NCBI GenBank assembly: GCA_002269645.1
Contig: NIVC01003872.1
Coordinates: forward strand, 8,775 to 72,774
DNA length: 64,000 nt
Direction of reading: 5' to 3'
Source of the DNA: Macrostomum lignano
Taxonomy: Eukaryota
Positions within the stretch are counted from its first letter, which is position 1; every line of letters begins with the position of its first letter. Under the pieces are notes generated by a model. The model was not told the origin of the DNA, ran no database searches, and was given only the letters and a program-made list of their open reading frames with translations. Below, one piece after another: positions 1-10,800 of the stretch. The translations under genes were made by a program, and so were the position numbers.

Positions 1-88
1 TCCGCCGACTCCCCCGAGCAGGCACACAAGCGCGCGGATACGTACGCAGTCATCCATGAACACACTCACACAAGAGTTACGGCAGTCC

Positions 89-275
89 CAACTTTATTTA
101 TCGTTAGGCATGTACACTTCACTGCGCCTTGGGGGTTGCCCCTCAAGGCCGTTAATTGCAAGAGCAGAGCCAAGCCGAGATTCCAATTCAGCCCCAAATT
201 AATGTGACTGCACTTGGAATCGAGCCTGGGCCGCTGGCACACCAGAGCACCGCGCCAGACCACCACTGGGCTACC
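89..275 (-). mobile_element. Candidate tRNA-derived SINE (Pol III A/B boxes, A-rich tail)
   Basis: Minus strand reads GGTAGCCCAGTGG (A box TRGCNNARYGG at 263-273), then about 36 nt later GGCTCGATTCC (B box, one mismatch to GGTTCGANNCC, 216-226), and ends in ATAAATAAA near 90-98. No clean tRNA cloverleaf. Only one copy in the window. Confidence 0.45.
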
Positions 276-515
276 TTTGGCCACTTGAAGGCCAACCTTC
301 TGCCTAGGGCTGCTGTTTTATGAGAAGGAGCGCACAATTTATTGATTCTGTGCTCCAGAGAAATCGAGATTTTTCTATTGCACATTTATTCGACATCGGT
401 CTCGCAACTATTTGATAGCCCCGTAGTAGCTGTCGAACTGTACAATATTGCTGACAAATTTCCTGAAAATACATTTCAAAATACGACTAAGAAAGGTCGC
501 AGCCTGCACTGGCAG

Positions 516-993
516 ACTGTCAGTATGATGACAAAGCTGAGTGACTAATAGGCTACTGTCAGTATGATGACAAAGCTGAGTGACTAATTGGCTACTGTCA
601 GTATGATGACAAAGCTGAGTGACTAATAGGCTACTGTCAGTATGATGACAAAGCTGAGTGACTAATTGGCTACTGTCAGTATGATGACAAAGCTGAGTGA
701 CTAATAGGCTACTGTCAGTATGATGACAAAGCTGAGTGACTAATTGGCTACTGTCAGTATGATGACAAAGCTGAGTGACTAATAGGCTACTGTCAGTATG
801 ATGACAAAGCTGAGTGACTAATTGGCTACTGTCAGTATGATGACAAAGCTGAGTGACTAATTGGCTACTGTCAGTATGATGACAAAGCTGAGTGACTAAT
901 TGGTTACTGTCAGTATGATGACAAAGCTGAGTGACTAATAGGCTACTGTCAGTATGATGACAAAGCTGAGTCACTAATTGGCTACTGTCAGTA
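516..993. repeat. 39-bp minisatellite, ~12 copies
   Basis: Unit GGCTACTGTCAGTATGATGACAAAGCTGAGTGACTAAT(A/T), near-perfect copies. Confidence 0.95.
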
Positions 994-1169
994 GTGATGC
1001 ACACAAAGCCTACCCAGCTTTCAGAGCCTGGTTATTTGACAACGCTTGGAGCAGTTTATGAGGCATTTAACAGGCCAAATCCGACGACTACCCTCTGTCT
1101 CAGTAATGTGCGTTTTGTTTTATGCACCCCAACCCCGCCCGGTTGCATATGCGCACAAGTAAAGCTTTA

Positions 1170-2795
1170 GCTCAGTCAGTCAGCTCATTCAGCTCAGTGA
1201 GTCAGCTCATTCAGTCAGCTCAGTCAGTCAGCTCATTCACATACATGCGCAACAGTCGGCCGAGTCGGCCGATCCGGCCGACCGATTTGGCGGCCAACCA
1301 AGGAAGTCGCAAAAATGCCCACCCAAAAAAACACCCAAGTAGTAGTACTAAGTAGCTGACGAGGCATTTTGACTTAATAAGACAGTCATAGTTACTCCTG
1401 CCGTTTACCCAAAGTTGCGTTAATTTTGCTTTAGGGTTTTTTTACATGTAAGTCGCATTTTTGGCCAAAAACTATGTCGCATTTTGTTAAAACTAAGTCG
1501 CACGGCCGACCGAATTTTAGAGGTTGCGCATGTATGCTCATTCAGCTCAGTAAGTCAGCTCATTCAGTCAGCTCAGTCAGTCAGCTCATTCAGTCAGTGA
1601 GTCAGCTCATTCAGTCAGCTCATTCAGTCAGTGAGTCAGCTCATTCAGCTCAGTGAGTCAGCTCATTCAGTCTGCTCATTCAGCTCAGTGAGTCAGCTCA
1701 TTCAGTCAGCTCAGTCAGTCAGCTCATTCAGCTCAGTGAGTCAGCTCATTCAGTCAGCTCAGTCAGTCAGCTCATTCAGTCAGCTCATTCAGTCAGTGAG
1801 TCAGCTCATTCAGTCAGCTCATTCAGTCAGCTCATTCAGTCAGTGAGTCAGCTCATTCAGTCAGCTCAGTCAGTCAGCTCATTCAGTCAGCTCATTCAGC
1901 TCAGTGAGTCAGCTCATTCAGCCAGCTCATTCAGTCAGTGAGTCAGCTCATTCAGTCAGTGAGTCAGCTCATTCAGTCAGTGAGTCAGCTCATTCAGTCA
2001 GTGAGTCAGCTCAGTCAGTCAGTCAGTGAGTCAGCTCATTCAGTCAGTGAGTCAGCTCATTCAGTCAGTGAGTCAGCTCATTCAGTCAGTGAGTCAGCTC
2101 AGTCAGTCAGTGAGTCAGCTCATTTAGTCAGTGAGTCAGCTCATTCAGTCAGTGAGTCAGCTCATTCAGTCAGTGAGTCAGCTCATTCAGTCAGTGAGTC
2201 AGCTCAGTCAGTCAGTGAGTCAGCTCAGTCAGTCAGTGAGTCAGCTCATTTAGTCAGTGAGTCAGCTCATTCAGTCAGTGAGTCAGCTCATTCAGTCATT
2301 GAGTCAGCTCATTCAGTCAGTGAGTCAGCTCAGTCAGTCAGTCAGTCAGCTCAGTCAGTCAGTGAGTCAGCTCATTCAGCTCAGTGAGTCAGCTCAGTCA
2401 GTCAGCTCAGTCAGTCAGTGAGTCAGCTCATTCAGTCAGTGAGTCAGCTCAGTCAGCTCAGTCAGTCAGTCAGTGAGTCAGCTCAGTCAGTCAGTCAGTG
2501 AGTCAGCTCATTCAGTCAGTGAGTCAGCTCAGTCAGTCAGTCAGTGAGTCAGCTCATTCAGTCAGTGAGTCAGCTCAGTCAGTCAGTGAGTCAGCTCAGT
2601 CAGCTCAGTCAGTCAGTCAGTGAGTCAGCTCAGTCAGTCAGTCAGTGAGTCAGCTCATTCAGTCAGTGAGTCAGCTCAGTCAGTCAGTCAGTGAGTCAGC
2701 TCATTCAGTCAGTGAGTCAGCTCAGTCAGTCAGTGAGTCAGCTCAGTCAGTCAGTGAGTCAGCTCATTCAGTCAGTGAGTCAGCTCATTCAGTCA
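1170..2795. repeat. Complex TCAG-based microsatellite (TCAG / GTGAGTCAGC / TCATTCAG), interrupted by a MITE
   Basis: About 1.6 kb built from TCAG-derived subunits. The MITE at 1240-1536 sits inside it. Confidence 0.95.
1240..1536. mobile_element. Non-autonomous DNA transposon (hAT-type MITE), copy 1, with 28S-like core
   Basis: Perfect 14-bp TIRs CATACATGCGCAAC (1240-1253) and GTTGCGCATGTATG (1523-1536), flanked by the 8-bp direct repeat CTCATTCA (1232-1239, 1537-1544). An 8-bp TSD is typical of hAT. A related copy is at 30203-30485. Confidence 0.85.
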
Positions 2796-2802
2796 GCCAC
2801 AG

Positions 2803-4115
2803 GTCTTCCCCAGTTCCGTGATATTTTCGGTAATAGCACTGGAGCGTTCAGTTTCGGCAATCAGACTATTTAGACAAACAGACATTGCCCAGCGCTGTGC
2901 GCTCCTAAAATACTTGCAGGTAGATGGCTGGCGGCTCAATGAACAAAAGCGAGGCTGCGTGGCAACTGCTGACAAATGTTGAGAAAAAGGCTAAGCTGAG
3001 CCAATTAAAAAACTTGAACGCAGAGCTTGTAAATTTATTGGGTAAACAGAAAACTGCATAAATAATGAGGCTTATAGCTATAAGATACCTGCTAAAAACA
3101 CAGGCTGGGGCATCCGATGCCCGAACGAAATGTGCAAAATAATTATCAGTATAAAAAAGCTAAACAAAAGATGAGCTGGGAAGAGGTAAAAACGGCAGTG
3201 CAAATATCTGTATCAGCCAGTGAAATCTCTGCTCCAATCAAGACTGAAGCAGCTCCGTGAGCAGGTGAATCGCCTGTGGAGACCCGGGATACCGCATTAC
3301 TCGCTTAGCTGCTCCTCTGCTCCCAAAGCCACAATGCAGCGACCAAAAACAGCAATTTAAGGAGATTGTGACCGAAATTACAAAGTAAAAATGAGTGACC
3401 GCAAGAGTAAAAGAGTGCAGCTCATTGCAAATCATCGAGGGCAGTAGGTGCAGGCGGTGCGCCTCAGGCTGAGCTTGCGACTGGGATTGTGGCATCTGTG
3501 CAGGACTTTTAATAGCAGATGTACATTGGGAGTGGCTGGGGGTCAGGGGATGCACATTGGGACTGGCTGGGGGTTAGGGGATGCACATTGGGAGTGGCTG
3601 GGGGTCAGGGGATGCACATTGGGAGTGGCTGGGGGTTAGGGGATGCACATTGGGAGTGGCTGGGGGTCAGGGGATGCACATTGGGAGTGGCTGGGGGTCA
3701 GGGGATGCACATTGGGAGTGGCTGGGGTTAGGGATGCACATTGGGAGTGGCTGGGGGTCAGGGGATGCACATTGGGAGTGGCTGGGGGTCAGGGGATGTA
3801 CATTGGGAGCAGTCCCACTAACACCAATAGGTGAATAAAAAGCAAAAGTCAGGCAGAGCTGACGCCGCAAAAAGTTTATATTTACCAACAGTTATCTGCA
3901 CATGCACATGTAGTTATAAATACTGCATGTTAAATAATTTCCAGATAGAACGGACAGATCTGTCACGCGTGGGTTGGCCAGAGAATTTCACAGTGGAAAG
4001 TGCGAAAAGGTCGAATATGAAAATCGAGCAGGTCGGGGAAGCGGCCAAAAAGATGGATTTCCCGAAGGGATTGCTGAGCAGTGCAGCACACTGGTTGCTA
4101 GGGTGAACCGCACAG
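2803..4115 (+). CDS. Possible internal exons of an unidentified plus-strand gene (2803-2919 and 3945-4115)
   Basis: 2803-2919 is bounded by cag| and |gtaga and is open (VFPSSVIFSVIALERSVSAIRLFRQTDIAQRCALLKYLQ). 3945-4115 is bounded by ttccag| and |gtaag and is open in phase 1-1. No recognisable domain, and the full structure could not be assembled. Confidence 0.3.
3517..3808. repeat. 31-bp G-rich minisatellite, ~9 copies
   Basis: Unit GGGGATGCACATTGGGAGTGGCTGGGGGTCA. Confidence 0.9.
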
Positions 4116-4483
4116 GTAAGCACAGGTGCGCGGGGAAGACAGATGAGAGGGAATCAGTTTGTTGCATGCGATGTGCGCCTGCTTAATGTACTGTAGCCAT
4201 TGGCTATGATCGAGTAGAGCATGAGGGCGGTGCGGACTAGGCAGAGATCAGTGCTGTACACGCAAATAGCTAATATTTCTAAAAATACTACTGCCTCGGG
4301 TCAGTAGTGCATTACGCATATGACGAGAAAAATCTTGCACATCTTAAAAACGCTTAAATGAACTGTGCGCATTAATGGGCTGACTGATAAAAGACATTTG
4401 CTGAGCTTCAAGTCACCTCCAGGGTGCTTTCATACAGAACCTACCGGAAATGCTAAGGCTGCTAAGAAACGAGCTGAAGACAA

Positions 4484-4765
4484 CCTGAAGGATTCCCAAC
4501 AGTACAATCTGAAGGCAGCCTGAAGGATTCCCAACAGTACAATCTGAAGGCAGCCTGAAGGATTTCCAACAGTACAATCTGAAGGCAGCCTGAAGGATTC
4601 CCAACAGTACAATCTGAAGGCAGCCTGAAGGATTCCCAACAGTGCAATCTGAAGGCAGCCTGAAGGATTCCCAACAGTACAATCTGAAGGCAGCCTGAAG
4701 GATTCCCAACAGTACAATCTGAAGGCAGCCTGAAGGATTCCCAACAGTACAATCTGAAGGCAGCT
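4484..4765. repeat. 35-bp minisatellite, ~8 copies
   Basis: Unit CTGAAGGATTCCCAACAGTACAATCTGAAGGCAGC, just downstream of the TESK-like stop codon. Confidence 0.9.
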
Positions 4766-4857
4766 AGCCTGAAGGTGACCCGAAGTTGATCTCAGAAAGT
4801 TAACTCTAAAAGGAAGTAACCAATATGGAGATCGCTACGCAAAGGATGGGCCGAGGC

Positions 4858-7800
4858 TCAGGCGAAGCTGCAGTCCCCCAGGGTGTCTATGGAGGAGGAC
4901 AGGCAGGACACGCAGGACACCCCGGAGTCGTCGGTGACGCCGGTGCCCTCGCCGCAGGGCCGGCAACGGCGCGCGATCTCGAGGAACTCGATGAGGTCCT
5001 GAGACAGGTCCGGGTAGGACCAGGCCCGGTTCAGGCCGGAGGGCGAGCGCAGCTCGGGACCGGTGGGCAGCAGCAGGGCGGGGCCGTGGCGGCCGGCCTG
5101 CAGGCAGGACTTGTTCCGCTCCCAGCGCACCGTCACGAACGGGTTGTGCTTCATGCCGGGGTTCCAGCAGCGCTGCTGGTGCCGCCGCTCCTGCCAGCTC
5201 GCGTCCAGCCGTCGCTGCTCCACCAGCTCGTCCGCTTCGATGTCGGCGTCGGCCGTGGAGGCGACGTCGCGAACCGTCTCTACGGCGACGCCGGCCTCCA
5301 GCTTGTCGAGCAGGCGCATCAGGGCGCCGGCCAGGTCGGCGAAGCTGGGCCGCACCGCCGGCTCCTGGCTGCAGGCCGACAGCGCCAGCTGCAGCAGCGG
5401 CCGCGGGCAGTCGGGCGGCACCAGCGAGGACTCCAGCGCGGCGGCGTCGATGCCGAAGTCCGGCAGGCGCGGCAGGAAGTCGGGGTCGGCGGGCAGGCGG
5501 GTGAGCAGCTCGCACAGCACAATGCCGTAGCTGAACACGTCAGCCTTGGTGCTGAAGCCGCAGCCGCGCATGCACTCGGGCGCCATCCAGAACGGGCTGC
5601 CGACGCACTCCAGCAGGCGCTGCGTGGCGTAGCGGGGCATCTTGATGGCCAGGCCGAAGTCCGCCACCACCGCCTGGTAGGGCCGGGCACCGCCCGCGTC
5701 AGTGCGGATCAGGATGTTCTTCGAGGCGATGTCGCGGTGGAAAAAGCCCTGCGAAGGAGGGGGGCGTATCTGGTCACTCAATACTGCGTAATCACTCGTC
5801 TGGTCACTCAATACTGCGTAATCACTCGTCTGGTCACTCAATACTGCGTAATCACTCGTCTGGTCACTCAATACTGCGTAATCACTCGTCTGGTCACCCA
5901 ATACTGCGTAATCACTCGTCTGGTCACTCAATACTGCGTAATCACTCGTCTGGTCACCCAATACTGCGTAATCACTCGTCTGGTCACTCAATACTGCGTA
6001 ATCACTCGTCTGGTCACTCAATACTGTGTAATCACTCGTCTGGTCACTCAATACTGTGTAATCACTCGTCTGGTCACTCAATACTGTGTAATCACTCGTC
6101 TGGTCACTCAATACTGCGTAATCACTCGTCTGGTCACCCAATACTGCGTAATCACTCGTCTGGTCACTCAATACTGCGTAATCACTCGTCTGGTCACTCA
6201 ATACTGTGTAATCACTCGTCTGGTCACTCAATACTGTGTAATCACTCGTCTGGTCACTCAATACTGTGTAATCACTCGTCTGGTCACTCAATACTGCGTA
6301 ATCACTCGTCTGGTCACTCAATACTGTGTAATCACTCGTCTGGTCACTCAATACTGTGTAATCACTCGTCTGGTCACTCAATACTGTGTAATCACTCGTC
6401 TGGTCACTCAATACTGTGTAATCACTCGTCTGGTCACTCAATACTGTGTAATCACTCGTCTGGTCACTCAATACTGTGTAATCACTCGTCTGGTCACTCT
6501 AATTGCCAATGAAACAGATATGGTCATTATATTCGATAATGAGACATATTTGGTCACTCGAATCAACAATGAGACCCATCTGGCACTCCAACAATCAACA
6601 ATGAGACTCATCTGGCACTCCAACAATCAACAATGAGACCCATCTGGAACTCCAATCAACAATGAGACCCATCTGGAACTCCAATCAACAATGAGACCCA
6701 TCTGGCACTCCAACAATCAACAATGAGACCCATCTGGCACTCCAACAATCAACAATGAGACCCATCTGGCACTCCAACAATCAACAATGAGACCCATCTG
6801 GCACTCCAACAATCAACAATGAAACCCATCTGGAACTCCAATCAACAATGAGACCCATCTGGCACTCCAACAATCAACAATGAGACCCATCTGGCACTCC
6901 AACAATCAACAATGAGACCCATCTGGCACTCCAACAATCAACAATGAAACCCATCTGGAACTCCAATCGACAATGAGACCCATCTGGAACTCCAATCAAC
7001 AATGAGACCCATCTGGCACTCCAACAATCAACAATGAGACCCATCTGGAACTCCAATCGACAATGAGACCCATCTGGCACTCCAACAATCAACAATGAGA
7101 CCCATCTGGAACTCCAATCGACAATGAGACCCATCTGGCACTCCAACAATCAACAATGAGACCCATCTGGAACTCCAATCGACAATGAGACCCATCTGCC
7201 AACACACCTGTCCGTGCACATAGGCCATGGCCCGGGCAACATCCAGCGCCAGTCCCAGCCGCACCCTCCAGCTCAGCCGCCTGCCGGGCTCTGCCAGCAG
7301 CTGCTCCAGACTGCCGCCCTCGATGTAGTCGAACAGGCAGTGCAGCCGGCCGCCGTGGATGCAGACGGCGTGGTAGCGCAGCACGTTGGGGTGACTGAGC
7401 TTGGACATGATCTCGTGCTCGCGATAGGCAGAGCGCTGGTTCGTCTCCCCGTTCATCTTCAGGGCCATCTGACGGCCGCTGCGCTCCAGGGTCACTCGGT
7501 ACACGTTGGAGAAGAAGCCCTTGGCCAGCAGCTGCACGCTGCTGAAGTCCTGCAGGCTGTAAATCTCCTTCACCGCCAGCAGCAGCGCCGTGTTCAGCCC
7601 CGAGCGGGAGCGGCGGCGCTTGCCGGGGGGCGGCGAGCAGCGGAGGAGGTCCACAGCCACCGCCTTGCTCAGCCCGTTCAGGCGCAGCCGCTGAAGGCGC
7701 TCCGACAGCGAGCTGTCGACCTAGCGGGTGATGGGAAGAGGAAATGGTGAAGGATCGTGCAGATTAAAGGAACGCGGATTATCGAAATAAATATAGAGGA

Positions 7801-10800
7801 TTTGTTGGACTAGCACCGTGGATTGTCGGACTAAAGCACCGTGGATTGTCTGACTAAAGCACCGTGGATTGTCTGACTAAAGCACCGTGGATTGTCGGAC
7901 TAAAGCACCGTGGATTGTCTGACTAAAGCACCGTGGATTGTCGGACTAAAGCACCGTGGATTGTCGGACTAAAGCACCGTGGATTGTCGGACTAAAGCAC
8001 CGTGGATTGTCGGACTAAAGCACCGTGGATTGTCGGACTAAAGCACCGTGGATTGTCGGACTAAAGCACCGTGGATTGTCGGACTAAAGCACCGTGGATT
8101 GTCGGACTAAAGCACCGTGGATTGTCGGACTAAAGCACCGTGGATTGTCGGACTAAAGCACCGTGGATTGTCTGACTAAAGCACCGTGGATTGTCGGACA
8201 AAGCACCGTGGATTGTCGGACTAAAGCACCGTGGATTGTCGGACTAAAGCACCGTGGATTGTCGGACTAAAGCACCGTGGATTGTCGGACTAAAGCACCG
8301 TGGATTGTCGGACTAAAGCACCGTGGATTGTCGGACTAAAGCACCGTGGATTGTCTGACTAAAGCACCGTGGATTGTCGGACTAAAGCACCGTGGATTGT
8401 CGGACTAAAGCACCGTGGATTGTCGGACTAAAGCACCGTGGATTGTCGGACTAAAGCACCGTGGATTGTCGGACTAAAGCACCGTGGATTGTCGGACTAA
8501 AGCACCGTGGATTGTCGGACTAAAGCACCGTGGATTGTCGGACTAAAGCACCGTGGATTGTCGGACTAAAGCACCGTGGATTGTCGGACTAAAGCACCGT
8601 GGATTGTCGGACTAAAGCACCGTGGATTGTCGGACTAAAGCACCGTGGATTGTCGGACTAAAGCACCGTGGATTGTCGGACTAAAGCACCGTGGATTGTC
8701 GGACTAAAGCACCGTGGATTGTCGGACTAAAGCACCGTGGATTGTCGGACTAAAGCACCGTGGATTGTCGGACTAAAGCACCGTGGATTGTCGGACTAAA
8801 GCACCGTGGATTGTCGGACTAAAGCACCGTGGATTGTCTGACTAAAGCACCGTGGATTGTCGGACTAAAGCACCGTGGATTGTCGGACTAAAGCACCGTG
8901 GATTGTCGGACTAAAGCACCGTGGATTGTCGGACTAAAGCACCGTGGATTGTCTGACTAAAGCACCGTGGATTGTCGGACTAAAGCACCGTGGATTGTCG
9001 GACTAAAGCACCGTGGATTGTCGGACTAAAGCACCGTGGATTGTCGGACTAAAGCACCGTGGATTGTCGGACTAAAGCACCGTGGATTGTCGGACTAAAG
9101 CACCGTGGATTGTCGGACTAAAGCACCGTGGATTGTCGGACTAAAGCACCGTGGATTGTCGGACTAAAGCACCGTGGATTGTCGGACTAAAGCACCGTGG
9201 ATTGTCGGACTAAAGCACCGTGGATTGTCGGACTAAAGCACCGTGGATTGTCGGACTAAAGCACCGTGGATTGTCGGACTAAAGCACCGTGGATTGTCGG
9301 ACTAAAGCACCGTGGATTGTCGGACTAAAGCACCGTGGATTGTCGGACTAAAGCACCGTGGATTGTCGGACTAAAGCACCGTGGATTGTCGGACTAAAGC
9401 ACCGTGGATTGTCTGACTAAAGCACCGTGGATTGTCGGACTAAAGCACCGTGGATTGTCGGACTAAAGCACCGTGGATTGTCGGACTAAAGCACCGTGGA
9501 TTGTCGGACTAAAGCACCGTGGATTGTCGGACTAAAGCACCGTGGATTGTCGGACTAAAGCACCGTGGATTGTCGGACTAAAGCACCGTGGATTGTCGGA
9601 CTAAAGCACCGTGGATTGTCTGACTAAAGCACCGTGGATTGTCGGACTAAAGCACCGTGGATTGTCTGACTAAAGCACCGTGGATTGTCGGACTAAAGCA
9701 CCGTGGATTGTCGGACTAAAGCACCGTGGATTGTCGGACTAAAGCACCGTGGATTGTCGGACTAAAGCACCGTGGATTGTCGGACTAAAGCACCGTGGAT
9801 TGTCGGACTAAAGCACCGTGGATTGTCGGACTAAAGCACCGTGGATTGTCGGACTAAAGCACCGTGGATTGTCGGACTAAAGCACCGTGGATTGTCAGAC
9901 TAAAGCACCGTGGATTGTCGGACTAAAGCACCGTGGATTGTCTGACTAAAGCACCGTGGATTGTCGGACTAAAGCACCGTGGATTGTCGGACTAAAGCAC
10001 CGTGGATTGTCTGACTAAAGCACCGTGGATTGTCGGACTAAAGCACCGTGGATTGTCGGACTAAAGCACCGTGGATTGTCGGACTAAAGCACCGTGGATT
10101 GTCGGACTAAAGCACCGTGGATTGTCGGACTAAAGCACCGTGGATTGTCGGACTAAAGCACCGTGGATTGTCGGACTAAAGCACCGTGGATTGTCGGACT
10201 AAAGCACCGTGGATTGTCGGACTAAAGCACCGTGGATTGTCGGACTAAAGCACCGTGGATTGTCGGACTAAAGCACCGTGGATTGTCGGACTAAAGCACC
10301 GTGGATTGTCGGACTAAAGCACCGTGGATTGTCGGACTAAAGCACCGTGGATTGTCGGACTAAAGCACCGTGGATTGTCGGACTAAAGCACCGTGGATTG
10401 TCGGACTAAAGCACCGTGGATTGTCGGACTAAAGCACCGTGGATTGTCTGACTAAAGCACCGTGGATTGTCGGACTAAAGCACCGTGGATTGTCGGACTA
10501 AAGCACCGTGGATTGTCGGACTAAAGCACCGTGGATTGTCGGACTAAAGCACCGTGGATTGTCGGACTAAAGCACCGTGGATTGTCGGACTAAAGCACCG
10601 TGGATTGTCGGACTAAAGCACCGTGGATTGTCGGACTAAAGCACCGTGGATTGTCGGACTAAAGCACCGTGGATTGTCTGACTAAAGCACCGTGGATTGT
10701 CGGACTAAAGCACCGTGGATTGTCGGACTAAAGCACCGTGGATTGTCGGACTAAAGCACCGTGGATTGTCGGACTAAAGCACCGTGGATTGTCTGACTAA

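Noticed and set aside
1347-1410. Annotating the 28S match as an rRNA gene
   Set aside because: Only ~64 nt, degenerate, and embedded in a TIR element. Reported as transposon cargo instead.
4825-6636. 603-aa plus-strand ORF and the SDQTSDY-repeat N-terminus of the 537-aa minus ORF
   Set aside because: These are the antisense of the GC-rich TESK exon plus read-through into a stop-free 30-bp intronic repeat. The real exon starts at the acceptor at 5748.
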